Assembly: GCA_017396465.1 (NCBI GenBank)
Contig: JAFQLU010000131.1
Span: 7,065-71,064 of the forward strand
Source: Clostridia bacterium
GTDB lineage: Bacteria > Bacillota > Clostridia > UBA1381 > UBA9506
Length of the DNA: 64,000 bases
Direction: 5' to 3'
The notes below the pieces were generated by a model, which did no database searches, was not told the DNA's origin, and saw only the letters and a program-made list of their open reading frames with translations. The stretch's first letter is position 1; the number at the start of each line of letters is the position of its first letter. Positions 39,462 through 48,097 of this stretch are shown here, piece by piece. The position numbers and the translations under genes are program-made.

Positions 39462-39496
39462 AAAAAATCCCTCGGGCATCCGAGGGATTTTTGTTT
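39462..39496. terminator. Bidirectional terminator
   Basis: aaaaatccctcgg-gcat-ccgagggattttt. Confidence 0.8.
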
Positions 39497-39537
39497 GTCA
39501 TCGGTCTGCAAAGTTGGCAGAAGAATAATCCTTATGT

Positions 39538-40098
39538 TTAGATCAGCTTTTCCGCTTCTTTTATGGCATCAACCACCTGTTTTGCGCAGGCATCGATTCC
39601 GGCATCGGTCAGGTGAATTTTATCGTCCTTGCGGATAAAGGAATCAATATCGGAAGAAACAAGACTGAATAAATCGTTTATCAGAATGCCCATATCCTGC
39701 AGGATGGGGACTAAAATATCGTTATAATGCTTGATTCTTTCATTTTTGAGGTCTGCATTATCCGAGGTAACGGGCGTTGTTGTAGCAAAAATCACAACTT
39801 TTGCCTGCTGTGTTAAGAGCTTGGCGATTCGCACCATAGTGGAAACATATTCTTCTTCAGAGCTGAAAGCGCCGTCACCCAAATCGCAGACATCCCAAAG
39901 ACCGTTGTTCCAGTGAATGATATCGCTTCCGGCCATCTTTTCTTTCCATTCGTGCAGAACGCCGCGCAGAGTGTATTTTGCAAAGCGGCAGTTATCCTCG
40001 GGTTGAAATATGGTGTAATCTTCGCCTAAAAGCGCCGGCACCTTTGTGCCGTATCCTATTTGGCGGATGGAATCACCTAATAATGTTACTTTTGTCAT
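39538..40098 (-). CDS. SGNH/GDSL hydrolase
   Basis: LLGDSI, HWNNGLWD, DKIH. Confidence 0.88.
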   Translation of the reverse strand: MTKVTLLGDSIRQIGYGTKVPALLGEDYTIFQPEDNCRFAKYTLRGVLHEWKEKMAGSDIIHWNNGLWDVCDLGDGAFSSEEEYVSTMVRIAKLLTQQAKVVIFATTTPVTSDNADLKNERIKHYNDILVPILQDMGILINDLFSLVSSDIDSFIRKDDKIHLTDAGIDACAKQVVDAIKEAEKLI

Positions 40099-40110
40099 AA
40101 AAAACTCTCC

Positions 40111-40914
40111 TTATTTCTGGTGTTGCCGGAAATCCTTCGGCAGAACATGATATATTTTTTTAAAGCTTTTGATAAAATTGCTGTGGTCGGGAAATCCGAC
40201 GCTATCTGCAATTTCCGAAACGGTCATGTCGGTATTTAAAAGAAGCACCGAGGCGTTTTTGAGCCGCACCGACATCAGGTACTGTTTAGGACTTAAACCC
40301 GTCAGCTCCTTGAATTTGTGAGAAAGATAGCAGCTGCTGATATAAAACTGCTTTGCCAATTCGGCCATTTTCAGTGGCTCTTGAAAATGCTTGTCGATAT
40401 AGCGCTGAACCTTTAAGATTTTGTCCTCCGTGGCAGAATGTGCCATGGAAAAATGGTCAGGATAATGCTTGCACAAAAGTGCCAAAAGCTCTGTGATGCA
40501 GGCAACAATCAAATCGTCGGCAAATTCCTCGTTGGTGTTGTAGCGGACGATATTCTGAAAAATCCGTCTCGCCGCGTCGCAAAAAGGCGTAGTGTCCAAA
40601 ACGTGGGAAAAGCCTTGTGGATGGTTCTTAAGAAGCGACAAAAGGCGCGAGTGCCCCAGGTGCCTGTCCGCCGTTGAGACATCTAAGGTAACGCAATATC
40701 GTTTGTAGGTGCCGCCCGGATTCGTTACGGAGTGGTGCTCTAAGTTACTGATTAAAATCAGGTGGTTTCGGGAGGCGGTATAGTGCGCATCTCCTGCTGT
40801 GACCTGCACCTGCCCTTCTGTAACGAAAATCAGCTCATACTCGTTATGAAAATGGATTTCCTTCTGCAAAATCTCCGTTTCGCTGAAATATGCCGCAGTT
40901 GCAAGATTGGACAT
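40111..40914 (-). CDS. AraC family transcriptional regulator, divergent from the redox operon
   Basis: HFHNEYE cupin; EIADSVGFPDHSNFIKSFKK; start at MSNLA after AAAGGTGGT. Confidence 0.92.
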   Translation of the reverse strand: MSNLATAAYFSETEILQKEIHFHNEYELIFVTEGQVQVTAGDAHYTASRNHLILISNLEHHSVTNPGGTYKRYCVTLDVSTADRHLGHSRLLSLLKNHPQGFSHVLDTTPFCDAARRIFQNIVRYNTNEEFADDLIVACITELLALLCKHYPDHFSMAHSATEDKILKVQRYIDKHFQEPLKMAELAKQFYISSCYLSHKFKELTGLSPKQYLMSVRLKNASVLLLNTDMTVSEIADSVGFPDHSNFIKSFKKIYHVLPKDFRQHQK

Positions 40915-41053
40915 AGGCACACCACCTTTCACAAAAAGCAAATTTCACCGATTTTTCAGCAAGTTATATTCTTGTCATCTTTTTGTGGCTATGGTATGAT
41001 TATAGCATCAGGAACATTTATTGTCAATCCTATTTTATCGTGGAGGGAAACCA

Positions 41054-42397
41054 TTGAAGCACGAAACATTCCATTACGAAAATATAGAAGCCATAAAAGC
41101 AAAATTTAACGAAATCGGAGCATGTCCTCCCGTGGCAGAGAACATTGGCACGCTGTGGGATGAAGTATCCTTGGGCGCACATAGCCTGAAAAACCGTTTT
41201 GTGATTCAGCCCATGGAGGGATGCGACGGCACAAAAGCCGGTGCCCCGGACGAACTGACAAAACGGCGGTATCTGCGGTTTGCGGAAAGCGGCGCAGGCG
41301 TTATCTGGTTTGAAGCGGTTGCTATTGTGCACGAGGGCAGAGCCAATCCGAGACAGCTTTATTTATCATCGGAAACGGCGGAGGAATTTAAAAAGCTGAT
41401 TGCCGAAATCAAGGAAACCGCCATCCAAAAACACGGCTTTGCACCGAAAATCATCATGCAGGCAACCCATTCGGGCAGACAGTCCAGACCGGACGATGCA
41501 CCGAAGCCTGTGATTGCCTATCGGCATGCGCTATACGAGAAAACCCGACCGATTCCCGGGGACGAATGCATCGCTTCAGACGATGCGCTGAAAGCTTTGG
41601 AGGAAAAGTTTGCAGAAGCAACGGTTTTGGCGCAGGAGGTCGGCTTTGACGGCATCGATGTAAAGTGCTGCCACGGATATCTCTTAAACGAACTGCTTTC
41701 GGCATACACACGACCGGGGCTGTATGGCGGTTCCTTTGAAAACCGCACAAGACTATTCCGAAACGGCGTAGACGCCGCATTTTCTGCGGCGAAAGGCGAT
41801 TTTATTGTTACTTCCAGGCTAAATATATATGACGGTTTTCCCTATCCCTTCGGCTTCGGCGTGAAAGAGGGCGAGGGTAACACGCCGGACTTAACGGAAG
41901 GCATGAAACTGGTGGGTGAGCTTTATCAAAAGGGTATGCGGCTTTTAAACATCACCGCAGGAAACCCTTATGTGAACCCCCATGTGAACCGCCCTTACGA
42001 TAGCGGGGGTTACATGCCGGAGGAGCATCCTTTAGAGGGAATTCTTCGCATGAGCAATTGCACAGAAACCGTGCAGAAGGCATATCCCGATATGGTGATT
42101 GTGGGCTCGGCATTTTCCTATCTTCGCCAGTTTGCACCGCACTTTGCGGCAGGCGCAATCGAAAACGGCAATTGCACGCTGGCAGGCTTCGGACGACAAA
42201 GCTTTGCCTATCCGCAGTTTATTGAGGATTTAAAGAAAAACGGAGAAATGAACCCGAAAAAATGCTGTGTTTCCTGCAGCAGCTGTTCCAAAATGATGCG
42301 GATGGGAACGGTGGCTGGATGCATGGTGAAGGATCAGGAAGTATATCTGCCTCTGTATCGTGAGGCGGTGGCAAAGCAGGAAAGGGGGAATGTATGA
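41054..42397 (+). CDS. NADH:flavin oxidoreductase (Old Yellow Enzyme fold) with C-terminal CxxCxxC...C motif
   Basis: NRFVIQPMEG, HSGR, GFDGIDVKCCHGYLLNELLS, YGGSFENR, CVSCSSC...GC; TTG start after GGAGG. Confidence 0.87.
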   Translation: MKHETFHYENIEAIKAKFNEIGACPPVAENIGTLWDEVSLGAHSLKNRFVIQPMEGCDGTKAGAPDELTKRRYLRFAESGAGVIWFEAVAIVHEGRANPRQLYLSSETAEEFKKLIAEIKETAIQKHGFAPKIIMQATHSGRQSRPDDAPKPVIAYRHALYEKTRPIPGDECIASDDALKALEEKFAEATVLAQEVGFDGIDVKCCHGYLLNELLSAYTRPGLYGGSFENRTRLFRNGVDAAFSAAKGDFIVTSRLNIYDGFPYPFGFGVKEGEGNTPDLTEGMKLVGELYQKGMRLLNITAGNPYVNPHVNRPYDSGGYMPEEHPLEGILRMSNCTETVQKAYPDMVIVGSAFSYLRQFAPHFAAGAIENGNCTLAGFGRQSFAYPQFIEDLKKNGEMNPKKCCVSCSSCSKMMRMGTVAGCMVKDQEVYLPLYREAVAKQERGNV

Positions 42398-43152
42398 TGC
42401 AAACGGCAATTGTAACGGGCGTAACCGGCGGCATCGGCAATGAAACGGCAAAACTGTTTTTAGAAAAAGGCTGGCGCGTTGTGGGCGTGGGCAGGTCGGA
42501 CATCTCCAAAGCAGAAAACCTGACGGCGTTCGGTGAAAGATTTCTCTATGTGCAGGGCGATGTTTCGGTAAGCGACACGAAGGACAGAGCCATACAGGCG
42601 GCGCTTGATGGCGGTAACACCATTTCGGCTCTTATAAATGTTGCAGGCGTGGCACCCAAGGTGCGTGCAGACCTTTTGGAGATGACAGAGGAAAGCTACG
42701 ACTATGTGATGGACATCAACGCCAAAGGCACCTTCTTTTTCACCCAGACGGTGGCAAAGGAAATGATAAAAGCGGCGGACAAAGAAAAAAGCTTTAACGG
42801 CGCTATTGTGAATATAGCATCTATATCTTCTTATACCAGCTCCGTAAACCGCGGCGAATACTGCATCTCCAAAGCAGGCATCTCCATGATGACACAACTT
42901 TTTGCAGACCGCTTGGCAGAATATCATATCACCGTAAACGAAATCCGTCCCGGCGTGATTCAAACCAATATGACGGCAGGCGTGACGGAAAAATACGATA
43001 AACTGATAGAAGAGGGAACATTTCCCATTGCCCGTTGGGGCACGCCTTCGGACGTGGCAAAGGCAGTGTTCCTCTTTGCAGACGGAACTTTATCCTACAC
43101 CACGGGCGAAGCGCTTTCCGTAGACGGAGGCTTCTGCATCCGTCGCCTGTAA
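42394..43152 (+). CDS. Short-chain dehydrogenase/reductase
   Basis: TGVTGGIG, NVAG, YCISK, PGVIQT, VDGG. Confidence 0.93.
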   Translation: MMQTAIVTGVTGGIGNETAKLFLEKGWRVVGVGRSDISKAENLTAFGERFLYVQGDVSVSDTKDRAIQAALDGGNTISALINVAGVAPKVRADLLEMTEESYDYVMDINAKGTFFFTQTVAKEMIKAADKEKSFNGAIVNIASISSYTSSVNRGEYCISKAGISMMTQLFADRLAEYHITVNEIRPGVIQTNMTAGVTEKYDKLIEEGTFPIARWGTPSDVAKAVFLFADGTLSYTTGEALSVDGGFCIRRL

Positions 43153-43164
43153 AGGAGGTGTGAT

Positions 43165-45033
43165 ATGGAAATATTCAGCACAGAGGTTTTGATTGTGGGA
43201 AGCGGATGTGCAGGCTTAAACGCCGCAGACACCCTGTTTGATTTGGGGAAAACCGATATTCTTCTGGTAACGGAAGGCATGAACATGGGAACCTCGCGGA
43301 ATACGGGGAGCGACAAGCAGACCTATTATAAGCTTTCTTTAGCTTCGGGGGAGCCGGACTCGGTTTCGGAACTGGCAAAAACCTTCTTTTCCGGCGGCGG
43401 TGTAAACGGCGATACGGCGCTGGTTGATGCGGCGTGCTCTGTGCGCGCATTTATGAAGCTGGTGAATCTGGGTGTTCCCTTTCCCACCAACCGATACGGC
43501 GAGTTTGTGGGATATCAGACGGATCATGACACGAAAAAGCGCGCCACCTCGGCAGGACCGCTGACTTCCGGATATATGACCGAGGCACTGGAAAAATCGG
43601 TGAAACGGAAAAACATCCCCATCAAAGATGAAACAGTTATTTTTAAGATTTTAACGCAAAACGGCGCCGTCATCGGGGCTTTGGGCTATGATAAAAAAGA
43701 GCAGAAAATCGTGCTCTTCCGTTGCCCGAACATCATTCTTGCCACGGGCGGTCATGCCATGATATATGAAAACAGCGTGTACCCCGAAAGCCAGACCGGT
43801 ATGACCGGAATGGCGCTGGAGGCAGGCGCGGAAGGTGCAAATCTTTCTGAGTGGCAGTATGGTATTGCTTCCGTTGACTTTCGGTGGAACCTGTCCGGCA
43901 CCTATCAGCAGGTGATGCCGCGGTACATTTCCGTGGACGAAAAGGGAAAAGAGCATGAGTTTCTGTCGGACTATTTTGAAAAACCCGAGGACGCAGTAAA
44001 CTTCGTGTTCATGAAGGGCTATCAATGGCCTTTTGATTTTGAGAAGGTGAACGGCTCTTCTGTAATAGACCTGATTGTGTATCACGAAACCATGCACAAA
44101 GGGCGAACGGTTTATATGGATTTTACCAAGGAACCGTCGGCGTTAGAGCATGGCTTTGATACTTTGAGTGAGGAAGCATATACTTACCTTAAATCTTCCG
44201 ATGCGCTTCTTAAAACGCCTATTGCGCGGCTTGAGAAAATGAACCCTAAAGCGATAGAATTATATCAAAGTCACGGCATTGATTTAAAAAAGGATTTGCT
44301 GAAAATTTCCGTGTGCGCCCAGCACACCAACGGCGGTCTTGCGGTGGACGAAAACTATGAAACCACGGTATCCGGACTATATGCTGCAGGGGAAGTGGCA
44401 GGAACCTTTGGCGTGTATCGCCCTGGGGGCACAGCGCTGAACGCCACGCAAACGGGAAGCCTTCGGGCAGCAGAGCATATCGCGTTTTCGGTTTCTAAAA
44501 AAACGGTTTCGGACGATGTAATTTTGGATTGTGCGAACAAAGAAGTCGGTAAACTGTTCGGGGAAGCAGAATGGAATGTGGGCGAAGCAATGAAAAAATT
44601 TGCATCCGAAATGAGCCGTGTGGGCGCATTTTTAAGAGATGTTCCCGGCATGAAAAGGCTGAAAGAAATGAGCGAAAGCATGCTGAAAAGCTTTCCGCCG
44701 ATTCCCGCGGGCAAGAAAGCTGTGGCAGGCATCAAGCTGCGGGATATGCTGATAACGCAGATTGCGGTATTAGACGCGATGGTAGCGGCGGCAGAGCATT
44801 TCGGCAGCCGCGGAGGTTCTTTGGTAACGGTTGGAAATCCCCCCATGGACAGCGCAAAACAGATTTTTGCGATGACAGAAAGTCAAAAATCCGCCTGCGA
44901 AAATCAGGTGATATACACGGCGTACCAAAACGGGACGGCAAACAGCAGATTTTGCGACGTTCGCCCCATTCCCGAGGAAAACAACTGGTTTGAAACCGTG
45001 TGGAACGCATATATGAAAAAACGGAATGTATAA
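43165..45033 (+). CDS. FAD-binding protein of SdhA/FrdA/NadB superfamily
   Basis: IVGSGCAGL, LATGG, QHTNGG, GLYAAGE, RPGGTAL, SRG. Confidence 0.85.
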   Translation: MEIFSTEVLIVGSGCAGLNAADTLFDLGKTDILLVTEGMNMGTSRNTGSDKQTYYKLSLASGEPDSVSELAKTFFSGGGVNGDTALVDAACSVRAFMKLVNLGVPFPTNRYGEFVGYQTDHDTKKRATSAGPLTSGYMTEALEKSVKRKNIPIKDETVIFKILTQNGAVIGALGYDKKEQKIVLFRCPNIILATGGHAMIYENSVYPESQTGMTGMALEAGAEGANLSEWQYGIASVDFRWNLSGTYQQVMPRYISVDEKGKEHEFLSDYFEKPEDAVNFVFMKGYQWPFDFEKVNGSSVIDLIVYHETMHKGRTVYMDFTKEPSALEHGFDTLSEEAYTYLKSSDALLKTPIARLEKMNPKAIELYQSHGIDLKKDLLKISVCAQHTNGGLAVDENYETTVSGLYAAGEVAGTFGVYRPGGTALNATQTGSLRAAEHIAFSVSKKTVSDDVILDCANKEVGKLFGEAEWNVGEAMKKFASEMSRVGAFLRDVPGMKRLKEMSESMLKSFPPIPAGKKAVAGIKLRDMLITQIAVLDAMVAAAEHFGSRGGSLVTVGNPPMDSAKQIFAMTESQKSACENQVIYTAYQNGTANSRFCDVRPIPEENNWFETVWNAYMKKRNV

Positions 45034-45047
45034 AACAAAAGGAGAAG

Positions 45048-46070
45048 ATGATTATGGCAAAGAAAATGAAATTAGGTGTGATCGGTTGTGGCGGTATGGC
45101 AACCAATATCCATGTTCCCAGCATTATGGAAATTGAAAACTGCAAGATTGTTGCAGTTTGTGACCTGTACGAAGAAAAGGCAAAGGCGTTGGCGTCCAAA
45201 TATAATATCCCTAAAACGTACGCCTTGCATCACGAAATGATTGAAAAAGAAGAAATGGACGGCGTAGTGATTTTAGTAAACCCCGAACGTACCTACTGGG
45301 TGGCGGATATGTGCCTTAAGGCAGGGCTTCATGTTATGATGGAAAAGCCTGCCGGCATCAACTCCTATCAGGCGCACTCTCTGGAAAGAACGGCAAAGGA
45401 AATGGGCAAAATCGCCGCTGTTGCCATGAACAGAAGACATATCCCGTTGGTAAGAGAAGTGTTAAAGCGCGTAAAAGCGGCAACGGAAATCACGCAGATC
45501 GACAGCCGTTTCATGAAATTTTCCAATATCCACAAGGATTGGCACTACACCAGCGCATATAACTGCGACATCATCCACGCGCTGGATTTGCTCCGTTATG
45601 CGGCAGGCTCCGAGCCGAAAGACGCGGCAACAGTTGTGCAACAGTTCGATTCTCCCGTTGACAACGCATGGACCAGTGTTATCCGCTTTGAAAACGGCAT
45701 CACAGGCACACTTCGTGCAAACTACCGTTGCGCAGGCAGATTCCATGATTTAGAAATTCAGGGTCCCCGTGCAAGTGCGTTTATCAATTTAGGTCTGGGG
45801 GATATTACCTGCAATGCAAAAATTTATTACGGGGATGGAAACTCCATGTACTCTGCGGCTTCTACCGGTGTGGAAGAAACCAGAGTGGAATTCCTGGATG
45901 GTATAGAACTCGCCGGAGGAAGAACGGAATATTCTCACTACTATGGATATAAAGCGGAAAATGTTGACTTTGTCAACTGTGTACTGGAAGGCAAAACTCC
46001 GATTTGCACCATTGAAGATGCGGCAAAATCCATGGATATGGCAGAGCTTCTGCTGGAAAAGAGAATTTAA
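45048..46070 (+). CDS. Gfo/Idh/MocA family oxidoreductase
   Basis: GVIGCGG, HVMMEKP, NRR, DIIHALD; AGGAG RBS. Confidence 0.92.
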   Translation: MIMAKKMKLGVIGCGGMATNIHVPSIMEIENCKIVAVCDLYEEKAKALASKYNIPKTYALHHEMIEKEEMDGVVILVNPERTYWVADMCLKAGLHVMMEKPAGINSYQAHSLERTAKEMGKIAAVAMNRRHIPLVREVLKRVKAATEITQIDSRFMKFSNIHKDWHYTSAYNCDIIHALDLLRYAAGSEPKDAATVVQQFDSPVDNAWTSVIRFENGITGTLRANYRCAGRFHDLEIQGPRASAFINLGLGDITCNAKIYYGDGNSMYSAASTGVEETRVEFLDGIELAGGRTEYSHYYGYKAENVDFVNCVLEGKTPICTIEDAAKSMDMAELLLEKRI

Positions 46071-46105
46071 ACAGCAAAAAATCTGTATAGGAAAAGGGGA
46101 GACGC

Positions 46106-46864
46106 GTGGTGATACAAAAAGGCTTGGTATCTGTAACCTTTCGGAATCTTTCGCCGGAGGAAGTTATAGCGGTAGCAAAAAAAGCAGAGTTTTCCGCCAT
46201 CGAATGGGGCGGAGATGTGCATGTGCCGGCAGGAGATATTGAAAAAGCAAAAGAAGTGCGGAAGCTGACAGAGAGTGCCGGTCTTTCTGTTTCATCATAT
46301 GGCTCTTATTTCCGTGCAGGCGATAACGAAAATGCGAAAGAAGCCTTTGCGCCAATTTTACAAACGGCGGTGGCGTTGGGTGCACCGGTCATTCGCATAT
46401 GGGCAGGCAGTAAATGGTCTTGGAAAGCGGATGAAGCATATAAAAAAAAGGTGGTTTCCGATACGCAGATTGCGTGCGATATAGCAAAGGAATACGGCAT
46501 AGATATTGCCTATGAATATCACGGCTGGTCGCTGACGGACAACCGTTTCTCTGCGCTAGATACGGTGAACAACGTAGACCGAGAAAACATGTATCTGTAC
46601 TGGCAACCGAATTTTACCTTAAGCGAAGAGGAAAACGTGCTTGCCCTTCGGGCGGTTCTGTCATATCTTAAGCATGTGCATTGCTTTTACTGGGACGCCG
46701 ATGAAGCAAAATTTCCGCTGGAAGAGGGCAGAGGCATCTGGACGCGGTTTGCTGAAGTTTTAAAAGCGGACGAAAAGGACCGTGCCGTGATGCTGGAATT
46801 TGTAAAAGATGGAAAAGAAGAGCAGTGCATAGAGGATGCAAAGGTTCTGCTTGATTTATTTTAA
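46106..46864 (+). CDS. Sugar phosphate isomerase/epimerase (AP endonuclease 2 TIM barrel)
   Basis: SVTFR, IEWGGDVH, SSYGSY, IRIWAG, EYH, YWQP, LEF. Confidence 0.85.
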   Translation: MVIQKGLVSVTFRNLSPEEVIAVAKKAEFSAIEWGGDVHVPAGDIEKAKEVRKLTESAGLSVSSYGSYFRAGDNENAKEAFAPILQTAVALGAPVIRIWAGSKWSWKADEAYKKKVVSDTQIACDIAKEYGIDIAYEYHGWSLTDNRFSALDTVNNVDRENMYLYWQPNFTLSEEENVLALRAVLSYLKHVHCFYWDADEAKFPLEEGRGIWTRFAEVLKADEKDRAVMLEFVKDGKEEQCIEDAKVLLDLF

Positions 46865-46886
46865 AATGATTTGAGGCGGTATTCAT

Positions 46887-47696
46887 ATGAAATTTGTGGG
46901 ACATACAATGGCAACGCCAAATCTTCCGGTTTCGGAGGCAATTGCGCTTTTTCGCTCCATCGGGCTGGACGGAATCGAAATCGTGGCGCAGGAGGGTGGC
47001 GCCTTTTCGATCAACGACCCCGAGGAAAAGGTCAAAGCCGTGGTAAAACAGGCAAAGGCTCTGCCTTGCGGCGTGGTTACCTTAACGCCTTATTACTGGG
47101 ATATCAATAACATAGACCCCAAAATCGCGGAAGCAGAAATTGCAGGAATGAAAAAGTCTATTGATTTAGCGGCTTTTATGGGTGCGCAGTTTGTCCGTGC
47201 CTACGGTGGCAAGGAAGAAGCGGGCGGCACACGGGTGGAAAATTATAAAAATGCGGTGGAGGCTTTAAAAGAAATCGGCGCATATGCATCCAAAGCCAAG
47301 GTGACCGTTTTGGTGGAAAACCATCCCGGCACCGTGACCCGAACCGGCGAGGATACCTATCGGCTGATAAACGCCGTTGGTTCGGACAGCGTAAAAGCGC
47401 TGTATGACCCGGCAAACGTGCTGCACGATACCACCGAGGATTGGGAAAAAACCTACGAGGTGCAAAAGGATATCATCGGCTACGTGCATGTCAAGGACTT
47501 TTTTATGGTTGACAACGAGCGAAAAGCCTGCGTGGTGGGCAATGGTATTGTGCCCTGGGATAAGATTATGAAAAAGCTGTCGGGCTACGACGGATTTTTG
47601 TCCTTTGAATATGAAAAACGGTGGTATCCGGACCAGCTTCCCGATGCGGAAGTGGGCGTGAAAATGTGCGCGGATTATATCCGGTCTCTGATATAG
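46887..47696 (+). CDS. Sugar phosphate isomerase/epimerase (AP endonuclease 2 TIM barrel)
   Basis: GLDGIE, ENH, DPAN, HVKD, SFE metal-binding motifs. Confidence 0.88.
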   Translation: MKFVGHTMATPNLPVSEAIALFRSIGLDGIEIVAQEGGAFSINDPEEKVKAVVKQAKALPCGVVTLTPYYWDINNIDPKIAEAEIAGMKKSIDLAAFMGAQFVRAYGGKEEAGGTRVENYKNAVEALKEIGAYASKAKVTVLVENHPGTVTRTGEDTYRLINAVGSDSVKALYDPANVLHDTTEDWEKTYEVQKDIIGYVHVKDFFMVDNERKACVVGNGIVPWDKIMKKLSGYDGFLSFEYEKRWYPDQLPDAEVGVKMCADYIRSLI

Positions 47697-47804
47697 GAGA
47701 CGTTTTTAAAAATGGAAAAAATCATGCATAATATCTATCAGATTTCATAAAATATCGTTGGCAGGAAAAAGAAAGATTTATCCAAACTGACCTGAAAAAA
47801 CCTG

Positions 47805-47833
47805 TTGACAAAATGCGGTTTTTTTGCTATAAT
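47805..47833 (+). promoter_or_regulatory. Consensus sigma-A promoter of the aspS-gat operon
   Basis: TTGACA-17bp-TATAAT with extended -10 TG. Confidence 0.85.
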
Positions 47834-47839
47834 AATTTG

Positions 47840-48072
47840 CGGAGACTCGGCTTTTGTGGAAAGTCTGTCAGGGAGAATGCGTCACCGACTGAAAGCGCGT
47901 TTGAGATGAGTAGTAAGCTTGGGAACACTCCGATTGCTTTTTAAAACAAAATAAAAAAGAGGATGCGCGCTTTTTGCGTATCAATGCGGGTGGCACCGCG
48001 GGTAATGTTTATTTTAAGTTTACTCGTCCCGGGAATATTATGTTTCGTAATATTCTTGGGACTTATTTTTTT
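47840..48072 (+). ncRNA. T-box riboswitch leader, probable Asn (AAC) specifier
   Basis: Stem I base cggag/ctccg, AGGGAG and GACTGAAAG boxes, gggAACa at 47921-47927, T-box AATGCGGGTGGCACCGCG at 47983-48000, terminator 48026-48072. Confidence 0.88.
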
Positions 48073-48097
48073 GGGATATTTATAGGAGGGATACAAT

